Below are positions 35,687 to 48,719 of a stretch of 64,000 bases of DNA, in pieces; the first letter of the stretch is position 1, and each line of letters opens with the position of its first letter. The notes under the pieces were generated by a model. That model ran no database searches and had not been told where the DNA came from. It was given only the letters and a program-made list of their open reading frames with translations. The position numbers and the translations under genes were made by a program. Source of the stretch: Macrostomum lignano (Eukaryota); NCBI GenBank assembly GCA_002269645.1, contig NIVC01003464.1, positions 1,901-65,900 of the forward strand, given 5' to 3'.

Positions 35687-38600
35687 TTAAACTTCGAGCT
35701 CCACAGAATTGCGAAGATTCATGCTCAGCACACGGCCGCTGCCGCCGCTGCCGCCGCCGCCGCCGCCGCCGACTCCGTAGGAGCTCGGGAAGAATCCGGG
35801 CTCGCTGCGATTCCTCGGCAGGCCGCGCCGGCTGCCAAAGCCCTGAGCTGTGCCGGCGGCAGCGGCGGCCGAGGCGTTTGTCGACACCACTTGGGCGGCG
35901 GTGGCTGTCGCCGGCTCGCAGCTGTTGGTCCGGCTGCGCACCTCCGAGATGAGGCGGCGCCGGGTCTCCGGATAGTCGGCCAGGGCGGTCAACACGGCGT
36001 CGTGCACGGAGACGAACATGACGGATTTGTCAACGAACTCGCAGCGATCCCGCATCCGGCGCACCTGGTGCTTGCAGCCGGCCAGCAGAATCTGCACCCC
36101 GGCCAGCTGGTAGTCGGACACCAAACTCGTCAGGAAGGTCGCCCCGACGCTGTCGATATAGTTCACCCCGGAGCAGTCTACGATCACGTGATGCAGGCCG
36201 CCGGAGTCGTGCTTCTCAACGTCATCGTCTCGAGCTTTGTCAGCTTTAACCACGTCGGCGACCGTTGCCTCTTCAGCCCCATGGTCGTTGTCTGAGTCAA
36301 CGCCGCCGCTGTCCGTCTTGACGTCCACGGAGGCTCGACGCTTCGGGTCGAAGCCGGTCAGCTTGACCAGGCGGTAGCGGAAGTTGTCCACGCTGGCAAA
36401 GTACAGGGCGCCGTCGAAGCGGAATACGACCACGCCAGGGATCTGGGATTTCATTGGTTGCGACGGCAAAATTTTTGGTTGCTGGGGGACTGATTTTAGT
36501 TAGAGACAGGAGCTGTGTGCACCCTGGCGCACTTTAAGCGACATTGTCACACGATTACCGCTGAGAGGCATTACTGCCCATTCCGCCGACTCCCCTGAGA
36601 GCCAAGCCGAGATTCAAATTCAGCCCCAAATTAATGTGACTGCACTTGGAATCGAGCCTGGGCCGCGCTGGACCACCTGGGCCACGCCCCCCCTCAGGGG
36701 ACTGTCTCGGTAATTGTTAGTTTTATTGGCTGAATTCCAGTGATTGTTTAATGCCTTGAGAATGATTCACACAAAAATTTTCAGTGATTCACAGACAAAT
36801 TACAGACGACTATTACTCCCACAAGCTCCACTGCCGTTGTCACCACTGTAAACTCGAACTTCATCACCTAGAGCAGCCAGCCTCACCTGCAGGGCATCCG
36901 GGTAGAACCGGGTGTCCTTGTAGATGTCGGTCATGGGCAGCCGGCCCAGAATGGAGGCGCCAGGCGACTGTGTGCGGCAGACCACCGTCAGCAGGCTGTA
37001 GGCGAACCCGATCACCAAGCCGTAGCTCACGTTGCCAATGACAACGCCTAGAAAGCAAACTAGCCAGATGCTCAAATCGTATTTGGACATTCGGTACAAT
37101 CGGCGAATGTCGGCGAACTGCATGAAGAGGCCTTTCAAAGCCACGATGATTATGCTGGCCAGCACCGCCGTGGGCAGCGGCTTGAACAGCGGGCCCAGCA
37201 CCAGCAGCACGAGCAGCATGAGAGATGCGGCTACCAGGCTGGTCACCTGGGTGCGCCCGCCCATGTCGTCTTGGACCTAGATTGAAGTGGAAGGTTGACT
37301 GCGATTCTGACCTGTTTGCTTTTGAGGATTTTTCTGAGCTGTTGCTTCTGGGGATTCAGATCTGTTTGCTTGTGGGGATTCAGATCTGTTTGCTTTTGGG
37401 GATTCTGAACTGTTTGCTTGTGGGAATTCTGAACTGTTTGCTTGTGGGGATTCTGAACTGTTTGCTTGTGGGGATTCTGACCTGTTTGCTTTTGGGGATT
37501 CTGAACTGTTTGCTTGTGGGGATTCTGAGCTGTTAGTACAGCTTGCAGATTCACATTGATTTGAGCTAGTAGAATCAGATATTTATTTACCTAATAATTA
37601 CGTATTAGATTTGAGTCGTTAATCTGGGACTTGGGAATGAAGACAGGAATTCCTGATGGTACCTGACACAGCAATGTGTTTCATCGCATACTAATGCGTG
37701 AATGCATACACCTGACACTGCCTCACCTGAGATCTGCTAAGCGACCCGGCCGAGAAATAGCAGCCAAAGCAGGCACCAACAGAGTTTACCAGACCGCAGG
37801 CCAGCAGCTCCTGGTTGGAGTCCAGCGGATAGCCGTGCCTGTCAGCGTACAGCTTGCAGATGGAGAAGGTGCAGGCGTACATGATCACAGCCAGCTGGGC
37901 CGCGTCCTGCACCACCTGGGGGAACAGCGACACTGGCGGCAGGCGGGGCGCCGACAGGCCGCTGGGTATGTCGCCAACCACGGCTACGCTGTAAGTGGCC
38001 TGGGCGGGGGGAGATGAAATTCAAGATACAATGTTGTCGGCACACAAGAGAATGGCAGTCCAGCTGAGAGAATGGCAGCCCAGCTAAGAGAATGGCAGCC
38101 CAGCTGAGAGAATGGCAGCCCAGCTGAGAGAATGGCAGCCCAGCTAAGAGAATGGCAGCCCAGCTGAGAGAATGGCAGCCCAGCTGAGAGAATGGCAGCC
38201 CAGCTGAGAGAATGGCAGCCCTGTGGAGAGAATGGCAGCCCAGCTGAGAGAATGGCAGCCCAGCTGAGAGAATGGCAGCCCAGCTGAGAGAATGGCAGCC
38301 CAGCTGAGAGAATGGCAGCCCAGCTGAGAGAATGGCAGCCCAGCTGAGAGAATGGCAGCCCAGCTGAGAGAATGGCAGCCCAGCTGAGAGAATGGCAGCC
38401 CAGCTGAGAGAATGGCAGCCCAGCTGAGAGAATGGCAGCCCAGCTGAGAGAATGGCAGCCCAGCTGAGAGAATGGCAGCCCAGCTGAGAGAATGGCAGCC
38501 CAGCTGAGAGAATGGCAGCCCAGCTGAGAGAATGGCAACTCAGTGGAGAGAATGGCAGCCCAGTGGAGAGAATGGCAGCCCAGCTGAGAGAATGGCAGCC

Positions 38601-41600
38601 CAGTGAGAGAATGGCAACTCAGTGGAGAGAATGGCAGCCCAGTGGAGAGAATGGCAGCCCAGCTGAGAGAATGGCAACTCAGTGTAAAGAATGGCAACTC
38701 AGTGGAGTGAATGGCAGCCCAGTGGAGAGAATGGCAGCCCAGTGAGAGAATGGCAACTCAGTGGAGAGAATGGCAGCCCAGTGGAGAGAATGGCAGCCCA
38801 GCTGAGAGAATGGCAACTCAGTGGAGAGAATGGCAGCCCAGCTGAGAGAATGGCAACTCAGTGTAAAGAATGGAAACTCAGTGGAGTGAATGGCAGCCCA
38901 GTGGAGAGAATGGCAGCCCAGTGGAGAGAATGGCAGCCCAGCTGAGAGAATGGCAACTCAGTGGAGAGAATGGCAGCCCAGTGGAGAGAATGGCAGCCCA
39001 GCTGAGAGAATGGCAACTCAGTGGAGAGAATGGCAGCCCAGTGGAGAGAATGGCAGCCCAGCTGAGAGAATGGCAACTCAGTGTAAAGAATGGCAACTCA
39101 GTGGAGTGAATGGCAGCCCAGTGGAGAGAATGGCAGCCCAGCTGAGATAATGGCAACTCAGTGGAGTGAATGGCAGCCCAGTGGAGAGAATGGCAGCCCA
39201 GCTGAGATAATGGCAACTCAGTGGAGAGAATGGCAGCCCAGTGGAGAGAATGTCAGCCCAGTGGAGAGAATGGCAGCCCAGCTGAGAGAATGGCAACTCA
39301 GTGGAGAGAATGGCAGCCCAGTGGAGTGAATGGCAGCCCAGTGGAGAGAATGGCAGCCCAGCTGAGATAATGGCAACTCAGTGGAGAGAATGGCAGCCCT
39401 GAAAATAGAATGGCAGCCCTGAGAAAATAATAACAACCCAGCGAAGAGAATGGCAGCCAAAATAAGGATACTGTTAGCCCAACGTACAGCCAGACCCAGC
39501 ATTGCTCTCACCTGGAATTGGGCAAAATGCGAAGACAGAGCGCCGGCCACAACAAGCGTGAGCTCCACCGGCACAGGAAAGCGGCACCGCTTGGCCAGCC
39601 GTGGATTGATGAACAGCCTGAACAGCAGCAGCACGCCGATGCACAGCGCGGAGATCACCATGCTGGCTGCGTTGGCGCCGCCGATGCGTTTGAACACGTC
39701 GGCATAGGTGAGGGCCAGCTTGAAGAAGCCGCTGTGCCGGGGCACCTTGATGCCCAGCACGGATGGCACCTGGAAGATAAGGTTTTTTATTGAGGTGTCT
39801 GGCCTTTTGAGTGCTCTTGCACTTTTTTAGTTGTTTTTGCGTGCGCCCTAGGCGGCCATCTCCAGACCAGTTCTGGCTGGTTGGGGGGGGGGGGCGCTCG
39901 TCCCGGCTTGAGTCTTTCCCCGCGGCGGCCACTGATTGGCTGGGCTTGTGTTTTTGTGTTTTTCTTTTCTGGCCCCCAGTCAATCAGATCTGCTCGGCGG
40001 GCACGCTGATTGGCTGAGGGGTCGTTTCTTTTGTTTGGCGTCTCTCTCTCTCACGCTGTCTGCCCCTCTACTCTGTTAAGTGGTATATAGTGCTCAAGCC
40101 TGGCCCAGCCAGCTCCCCGCTCTCCGCTCCGCGCCCCACGCCTAGCTCTCTAAACTAAACCAGCGATACTCAGGCGAGCCGTGTCTATACGGTCTCTTAC
40201 TACGAAGATTCAATTAATTGCGAGCAAATAAAGCGGTCAGGTGGTAGAGATATTCGAACGAGCCTCACAGCTTCTGGCACCGGTAAGACCCCCGAGTTGA
40301 TTCGCTTCTTTAGCTTTTCCGAGGCCTTACCGTAGCAGTGGTTCCATAGCTAGAGCGTCATCACGCCTGCGACTGTGACCACTGCGGCACAGCAGCGGAT
40401 TGTGTATTCTTACCGGTTACTTTATATAGTGTGTACAACCTACAGTATCGAAACTAGAAGCACTCGAGATCACAACACCAGAGGGATCGAACTATTATCG
40501 CAGAGCGTCGTCACGCCTGCTCGCATCCATACAAGTACAGACAGAGCGTCACTACGCCAATACTGTACACAGGCACGCACACGCTCACACAGGGTGTACA
40601 GCAGCCCTTTGACTTTCTAATCGTCAGGCATGTGCACTCTCTGTGTCACGGGTACAAGTTGTAAACAAGTCGTGAAAGAGTCGCCTAAGAGTCAATTTGA
40701 GGCGTTTTATTGTCTGCGACCGTAGGGTCGTATCTGAGGCGTGCCAGAGTCGCTGCAGAATCACTGAGCTGCATCTAAAGCGCATCTGCATCATTTTAAG
40801 AATTAGAATCGCATTTCACATTTATATAGCAACTCTATTTAGTCTACTTGAGTTAGTAGATAGTTAAGCGCTAACACAGCGATACTTAGACGACTTTTTC
40901 ACTACTCTTTTACGATTCTGCAACTCATGTGATGCGTTCGTGACTCAATTAACAGCCGCCTCTTGGTCCAATTAAAGTTGTTTGAGTCGTTGAAAATCCA
41001 CAAGAGAGCCCAGAGTCGCTAGTGAGTTGTTCCTGTCCCGGTAGCTTTTACAACGGGAGGTTTCGCGGCAGAGAGAGCCCACCGAGCCACTCTGACCCAC
41101 AGATACTAAAATAACTAGATGCATGGGCCACTCGGGCATATATACTTTAAAAAAAGCTTTCTACTTACAGTTCAGTAGCAAAGGAGAATACATAAGCTAT
41201 TTTATAAAAATAAAGGCAGCTGAAATGACTTTGATAAGTTTAGAAGCCCCAAGCTTGCAGGCATAAGCAACTTGCCAATTGGTTCAGCCATAATGTACAT
41301 TGGCCAGTCCACTGAAATGTACATGGCAGCTTTAGGCTGGAATTCCGAGAAAGGCAATAAAAATTGAGGCGGGGCGGGTCGTGTGGAAAGGAGCTGGTTG
41401 GAGGGTTTAAGCTGGGGGTAAGAGCCAATAAATGAGCCTTGGCTTAAAAAAATTAATTTAAATTAAAATGCTTCTTTTTATCTTACTACTGAATTGAAAG
41501 TAGCCTACACGCTAATGTGCTGAGTGGCCTATCTAGTTATTTTAGTATCTGTGCTCTGGACCCCAAAAGCAAATGTAAAAATAACTCCAATTGCCAACCA

Positions 41601-43882
41601 ACCTGCGAGGTGAGCACGTGAAACGCTGCACCAGTGGTGAATCCGCTAACCAGAGGCGTGCTCAAATAAGTAGTGATGAAGCCGAATCGAAGCAGCCCAA
41701 GGCCCAGCTGGATGAGCCCGGCCAGCAGGCTGACGCTGAGCGCCACCTCGGTGCGGTAGGCGGCAGCGTCTGGCGCCTCGGTAATCAGCGTCCCGTTGAT
41801 GCTGTCGCCCGTCTCGTTGCCGACCAACGCGGCCAGTGTTGTCGAGGACGGCGGCGACGGAGCGGTCCCCTGGCTGGCGAGGCGAGTGACCGGGACGGCC
41901 ACCATGAGGCTGGAGATGGCGAAGGTGCCCATGCTCACCTGCGTGTGAACGCGAATGATTTTTCGTATACTTTAATAGGCCCTTTAACTCTGACGTCATT
42001 TAAGCTCGTGAGCTGGTTTTTTCCGTTAGGGAATTCTTAGGTGTCATTCGGCTTAGCAAAATAAATAGATTCTTAACGCCGCAGGTGAGAGTCTAGCGCC
42101 AGTTTAGCGCTACAGGTGAGAATCTAGCGCTAATTTAGCGCCACAGGTGAGAGTCTAGCGCCAATTTAGCGCCACAGTTGAGATTTTAGCACCGAATATG
42201 AGATTCTAGCACCAATTTAGCGCCACAGGTGAGATTTTAGCACCGAAGATGAGATTCTAGCACCAATTTAGCGCCACAGGTGAGATTCTAGAGCCAATTT
42301 AGCGCCACAGGTGAGAGTCTAGCGCCAATTTAGCGCCGCAGGTGAGAGTCTAGCGCTAATTTAGCGCTGCAGGGGAGTCTTAAACGCCAATTTAAAAGAT
42401 TTTTCAAGAAACATGACACTCCATTTCCACTAGGGGAGGGGGTAGCCGACACGGCATTATGTTTTGGCATCCGTTTGAAAAATCTTGATGAAAGAATTTA
42501 TGTTTGCGTTGCAGGCCCAATGACAGTTTCGCCAGTTTCGCCAGTGCTTTGCAGAAATAAAGCTTTGCACAGAGACGAATAAAGGTCGTAGACAGAATCT
42601 TTTACAGCATCATAAACAGGACGCAAAAAAACATAACTTACAAACAGCCATTAGCGAACTGGGGTTCATCAAGTTTAGGTCTTGTGAAGTTTAGGTGAAG
42701 TGAAATTGAGGTCTTGTGAAGTTTAGGTGAAGTGAAATTGAGGTCTTGTGAAGTTCAGGTATTTTGAAGTTGACGTCTTGTGAAGTTCAGGTATTTTGAA
42801 GTTGAGGTCTTGTGAAGTTTAGGTGAAGTGAAGTTGAGGTCTTGTGAAGTTCAGGTATTTTGAAGTTGAGGTCTTGTGAAGTTTAGGTGAAGTGAAGTTG
42901 AGGTCTTGTGAAGTTCAGGTATTTTGAAGTTGAGGTCTTTTGAAGTTTAGGTGAAGTGAAGTTGAGGTATTGTGAAGTTTAGGTGAAGTGAAGTTTAGGT
43001 GAAGTGAAGTTGACGTCTTGTGAAGTTCCGGTCTTGTGAAGTTCAGGTCTTGTGAAGCTTAGGTGAAGTGAAGTTTAGGTGAAGTGAAGTTGACGTCTTG
43101 TGAAGTTCCGGTCTTGTGAAGTTCAGGTCTTGTGAAGCTTAGGTAAAGTGAAGTTGAAGTGAAGTTAAGTTGAGGTCTTGTGACGCTTAGGTGAAGTGAA
43201 GTTAAGGTCTTGTGAAGTTGAGGTGAAATAAAGCTCAGCCATTGAGCTTCGCAACCCGCCCCTCCCAGGAACTCACCTGACGCGAAGTGCCGAACAAAAA
43301 GTACAGCAGCAGCGGATAGAATCCCAGGTAGAGGCCGCACACTGGCGGCAAGTCAGCCAGCATAGCGTAGGCCATGCCCTGCGGTATGTTCATGATGCCA
43401 ACAGTCAGGCCAGCTATGATATCCGCCACCAGGTCCTTCTTCAGCTTGTAGTGTCGCATGATTGTCACGCAGGGCAGCAGGCGGAGCAGGCAGTTCAGCA
43501 GGCATCGGCCAGTCGGCTTGTGACAGGCGGCTGCGCCGAAACGTTCGGCTACGCTGCGCGCCTCGCCCCCGAATCCGCTGGGCGCCTTCGGCCGGGTGAA
43601 ATGGTAGCGGGCGTCAAAGCCGGCCTGGGAGAAAATTGGCCGACTGACGTGCACCCGCTTGCTGGTGACGGAGTGACCGTGCGGCCTGCACCGATGGATA
43701 TGCGGCGGTGGCGGCGGCGATGTCTGCTTGGCCTGCTGCGCCTCATGGTCATCGCCGTCGACTTGGGCGACATCGTCGGCGGCGTCAGCTTTGGCGAATG
43801 CAGTCTCGTCCTCCTCGGCTATGCCAGCGTGGTTGCTATCCAGGCGTCTGAGCCTGGCGCTGGCCGAGCGTTCTTTGGGCAT
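35687..43882 (-). CDS. SLC26/SulP anion transporter (prestin-like) with STAS domain; exons 43882-43277, 41938-41603, 39769-39512, 37999-37727, 37276-36887, 36442-35687 (~872 aa from the ATG at 43882)
   Basis: Motifs [23 protein letters not shown]...YFLFGTSRQ|[33 protein letters not shown]|[11 protein letters not shown], and [15 protein letters not shown] and [15 protein letters not shown]. All junctions are GT..AG phase 0. Confidence 0.93.
37340..37535. repeat. Intronic minisatellite, 24 bp unit (gggattctgaactgtttgcttgtg), ~8 copies
   Basis: Direct periodicity. Confidence 0.9.
38049..39420. repeat. Intronic minisatellite, 20 bp unit (agaatggcagcccagctgag and variants), ~68 copies, with higher-order patterning
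   Basis: Direct periodicity. Variants cccagtggag and actcagtggag alternate in the right half. Confidence 0.97.
40178..40224 (+). ncRNA. Spliced-leader (SL)-like sequence: divergent SL RNA or relic SL
   Basis: GCCGT-gtctat-ACGGTCTCTTACTACGAAGATTCAATTAATTGC carries the flatworm SL 5' hairpin GCCGT..ACGGT. It matches the M. lignano SL as I recall it (GCCGTAAAGACGGTCTCTTACTGCGAAGACTCAATTTATTGCATG) with 3 mismatches over 33 nt from ACGG, but lacks the terminal ATG|GT. Confidence 0.65.
41098..41553 (-). mobile_element. hAT-type MITE, copy 2 (inverted relative to copy 1)
   Basis: Same TIRs and body as 23049-23501. Flanks are CTCTGACC / CTCTGGAC (near-identical direct repeat). Confidence 0.8.
42078..42385. 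repeat. Intronic minisatellite, 31 bp unit (gccacaggtgagagtctagcgccaatttagc)
   Basis: Direct periodicity. Confidence 0.9.
42672..43226. repeat. Intronic minisatellite, ~32 bp unit (gaggtcttgtgaagtttaggtgaagtgaagtt)
   Basis: Direct periodicity with 16-bp sub-structure. Confidence 0.92.
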
Positions 43883-44124
43883 GCCGTGTGTGGCCGGTGC
43901 TGCAATACAATGCACAAGCTAAGTTAATAGCTTGTAAATCTGTCATAAGTTATATGCCATGATAAGAGCGAGCCAAATTCTATATCGCACAATTATAGAT
44001 TAAAATATTGCGTAATAAACTAACTCGTTGGGGCGTTATTGCTTTTCAATAACCTATTTTTGGCCCAAATTATGTTTGAAGTCCGGCCTAAGCCATGATG
44101 GATACATAGGAAAAATTGGACAAT

Positions 44125-44890
44125 TCCTGACACCTAGTTGGGCCACTTCTGACACCTAATTTGGCAACTACTGACACTAGTTAGGCAGTTTCTGATACCT
44201 ACTTAAGCCACTCCTGACACCTACTCGGGCCACTCCTGATACCTACTCGGGCCACTCCTGACACCTACTCGGGGCCACTCCTGACACCTACTCGGGCCAC
44301 TCCTGACACCTACTCGGGCCACTCCTGACACCTACTCGGGCCACTCCTGACACCTACTCGGGCCACTCCTGACACCTACTCGGGCCACTCCTGATACCTA
44401 CTCGGGCCACTCCTGATACCTACTCGGGCCACTCCTGACACTTACTCGGGCCACTCCTGACACTTACTCGGGCCACTCCTGACACCTACTCGGGCCACTC
44501 CTGACACCTACTCGGGCCACTCCTGACACCTACTCGGGCCACTCCTGACACCTACTCGGGCCACTCCTGACACCTAGTTGGGCAACTCCTGACACCTAGT
44601 TGGGCTACTCCTGACACCTAGTTGGGCCACTCCTGACACCTAGTTGGGCCACTCCTGACACCTAGTTGGGCTACTCCTGACACCTAGTTGGGCCACTCCT
44701 GACACCTAGTTGGGCCACTACTGACACCTAGTTGGGCCACTCCTGACACCTAGTTGGTCCACTCCTGACAACTATTTTGGCCACTCCTGACACCTAGTTG
44801 GTCCACTCCTGACACCTATTTTGGCCACTCCTGATACCTACTCGGGCCACTCCTGACACCTATTTTGGCCACTCCTGACACCTACTTAGG
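44125..44890. repeat. Minisatellite, 22 bp unit (actcctgacacctactcgggcc), ~34 copies
   Basis: Direct periodicity; same family as 48720-49030. Confidence 0.96.
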
Positions 44891-47017
44891 CCGGCCGCAG
44901 TTTCGCACCCGGGCTTTACAATAATGAGTTCTAATTAAGGCACGAGCTGAACTCATTTAAAAATCATATAGGGCTGTATATATTCTGTATAGATCAGATA
45001 TAGGACCGAACAAGTTTAAAAGAAACGAAAAAATCAAACTTACTGGAAATAAGTTTCTGGACAATTTGCGGGAGAATCAGCTGTTAAAATTATTCTGACC
45101 TCGGTAAAAACTGCGAGTACTAATGAGTTTAACACCAATTTATGCTTTTAAGAAACTTAATTAAGCACTTGAACGCACTTGAATAGTTCTAGGAAGCAAC
45201 CCAATAAAATGTTTAAATAGCTAAGTGGGCAGTCCAGCGGAGAGACGAAAGTAGATTTAACATTGCCTGTCAATATTCGCTTAGTTGCTATGCGGTTCAA
45301 TTAATTTCACAGCGGAAATGGCCACTGCGCAAATTTTATCTATAAATTGTTAACAGCCTGGGGGTTGGGCCAATGAATAATCTTCTCTGTCCCGTAAATT
45401 TTCCAACCACCAGGACTAACCAAAGCTGTTTGGGTGATAAACTAGTAATGACTGACAAAAAAAACTCACAGCAGGTATATTACCCCATGTACTGGGCAGT
45501 GGCAAGCTTGCTCTCTATCTACTGCTGCCAATTTCAGTCTGTCTATTTGCCTGAAAAGAAATTCTGAAGTAATTTGCTGCGAACTTTGTGCTAAATTGAA
45601 ATTATTTACACTGTATTGCAGTAACTTTATGCGTAGAAAACATTATTAGGCTTTAAAATAGCTTTAGTTTTATTTCACCAGTAATATATCATTTTCTAGC
45701 CAATGTGTATCTGAATTTGAAAATCTATTTTAATGGCCACTTTATCATTGGGTCTAAAATTAGTTTGAAATCAGGGGCTAGATTAAAAGCCAGATCTGAC
45801 TTTATAGATTTTACCTATAGAGTGGAGTTTGGTGACCCTAACTTTTACCTGATTTTACCAGATATGACCTGCCTTTAGTGTTATCATTATCATTATTAAT
45901 ATCAATATTTTAATTTTATTACACAGTAGACAAAGTTAATTACTAGCAAAGACAAAAATTGCAGAATTTATTCTTGAAAGTTAAAATAATATTTTTATAA
46001 ATTATTAATTTGTTTATAAAAGCTTACACTACAGGTTCTGCATAGATTTTAAATGCATTCGTTTGTTGCATTTAATAGAATAAAGAAATATTTATCTAAA
46101 TCACGATCTAAATCAATCTATTTTCTTGTCATTTTGTATCATTACATCTATAGTATAATTGTATAAACAATGGTTTTTATAAAAAATAATATATTATAAC
46201 GAGACTTGTAATTTTTTAAATTGTCATTCCTTAACAATCAAATGTGCTCAAATCCAGATAAAATATTTTGATATACACAATCACTATATTGGAAAACTAC
46301 AGCAATACATGGCCATGGTCATAATAACCCATAGCTAAATTAATATAAATTTCTTTTCTTTTCGAAAGTGTTTTCACAGTGAGAAAAGCTATTTTCAGTA
46401 ATCTTATTTTCAGTACATCTTATAATAAGCTTCACCAAGGTCCCTAAATGTTTCAATACAAAAAATATCTGCAAATTTTGCTTCAGATATGTCGATCACT
46501 TTGTTTTTGCAAGGGGTTGAACCAAAACTGTAAAAAGTACTAGTACATATCATCCTTATGTTTAAAAAAATTCATATTGATTTTGTCTGATTATAGCGGG
46601 GTCAATCGATTGAGAGACTACTCTAAATTGATATATATCTTTGGGAAATACTAAAATAGAAAAAAATGGAGAAGTACTGTAGCTACCACAGAACGATCAC
46701 TCGAGAACGTCAATTGAATGGATTTAATGGCTTTTTAAATTTAAGCAAGTTTTTATTATTTTTTTATTATCGCAGGCCTTTGTATGAAAGGTTAGTAAAA
46801 CATTCTGTTATGAAATTTAATAAATACATTTTCAACAAATCTGGTAAACACAGAGAAACTTATTGTTCAACAAAGATAAACAATGTTTGTTTTTTCTTTG
46901 GATCTTAAGTTTTTAAATTCATTTTATTTCCGAGCTTACTATATACATTATGATATAATATTATTCATTAAAACTGGTATATTGTTGTTTGGATACACTT
47001 ATTTTGCTTATGGACAA

Positions 47018-47020
<3 letters not shown>

Positions 47021-47071
<51 letters not shown>

Positions 47072-47082
47072 CGTGTGTGTGT
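47021..47082. repeat. (GT)n microsatellite
   Basis: Dinucleotide run. Confidence 0.97.
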
Positions 47083-48719
47083 AAAGCGCTATAGCTCGTA
47101 ACATTCGCACGTGCATTTTGAATTCTTGGCTTTGTCCCACCATAAAATTCATGCATGGCGACGCCCCTGCTATATATATACTATACTATACTATATGCTA
47201 TATATATATATTATTGGGTATTGATCGTTTGAGAAAAGTTAATTCGTACCTACGAGTAGTACATGTACATTTATATACTCATGAGTATGTCAATCTGCCA
47301 CAGATACAAATGCGTCAGCATCAACATGTCAAGCAAATTAAAACTGAAGAGGAAATAAGCCACTGCTGTTTACTACACTGATGATATTACTCATCTCATC
47401 CATTAGATCTCATTAAATGAGTAATTGGGCCATTAGAGAATTCTCTAAAAAACGAAAGTAACCTAAATTTACCTCATAATTAAATCGTACCAATACTACT
47501 GGTGAGTATTATTGAGTGCTTGCTGCGAAGTGTTATTGCTCCATCTTTACCACGAACTTTACTGTAGCAACTTAAAGTTCAATTAGTGCTATTATTGGTC
47601 CTAACAGCTCTATAAATTTATATGTTGATTGATCGAGACTCCTCGTTGCCCATGATACTCGCAGGGACTTACTTAAACTTGAAGTAGTCTGGATACTCGT
47701 AGTAGCAGTACATATCAAACACGCATGTCGCAATAATACCAAGCAGTCTGACTTTGGCCGTAGGGTGCACATAGCTGCTAATACGTACAATATCGCGCAA
47801 CGGTGGAAATTGCGCGTTATAAGCTTTCATGGCCCCTGTGGGACTCAAGCAGCTGTAATAAATATTTTATTCGCTTCAACAATTGTGTCCCAGCACGAAT
47901 AAAAATTTTGCATATGTGCTCATGAGAGACTCATAGAGGCACAAAAGACAGCTTGAGTCCTACAGATAATTGGTGTAGATTCGGTAAGTTGAGGCCGACC
48001 GCTACCAGCGCTGTCACGTACTGGAGTTGCGGCAATGATCTCAGACTGACCAAACGCCAAAAACATTCGTTTCAAATCGGTGCACAAACCAATGCAGCAT
48101 AACAAATCGACAAATATTGAAATCTCCGTTTCTTAGAATTTGAACTTGCAATGAAATGAATTGAAATCGGTATATGGTAGGTATTATTGAATTTGAATAG
48201 CATCTTTTCAATGTCACTAGGGTGAATCAATTGCAATATTCAAAGAATTGCTTATTGAAAAATTTTAAGAAAGGGCCGCTTTATTTTCTGGTAGAAAAAG
48301 AAGAAGACCTCTCCCTTTGGCAAAGCAGAAAGAAGCTCGCAGACATGAAGGCAAGCAGTGAGAAACGCCCTGAGGGCAGAGATGCCAGTCCAAGTCCCAA
48401 TTTTCTGCGTTCGCCGAACGAACCACTGACTGAAGCCGCGGCTCCGCAGTCGACCGAATCACGCGATGTCCTTTTTTGAATGAACTTTTTTCGTCTTCTA
48501 CAAGAAAATGGAAGATGGAAAAACAGAACTAGACACGCCTAACTAGAGATGAGGTCAAGTCTGTGGGATAACATATACGTCAATACAGCATTTCTTGGCT
48601 TCGAAGCTTTCAAGATGAACAGCAGTATCTTGTAATCAAAATCTGTCTATGGCTAAAAACTGTTTTGATGGGAACAGAGTGTCAATGAAGGTCGGGACCT
48701 CAGGTCTACCATAGTTAAG

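Noticed and set aside
37984-39329. Multiple ORFs in the 20-bp array, and 52015-52787 in the 17-bp array
   Set aside because: Repeat-derived; the first lies inside a well-defined SLC26 intron.
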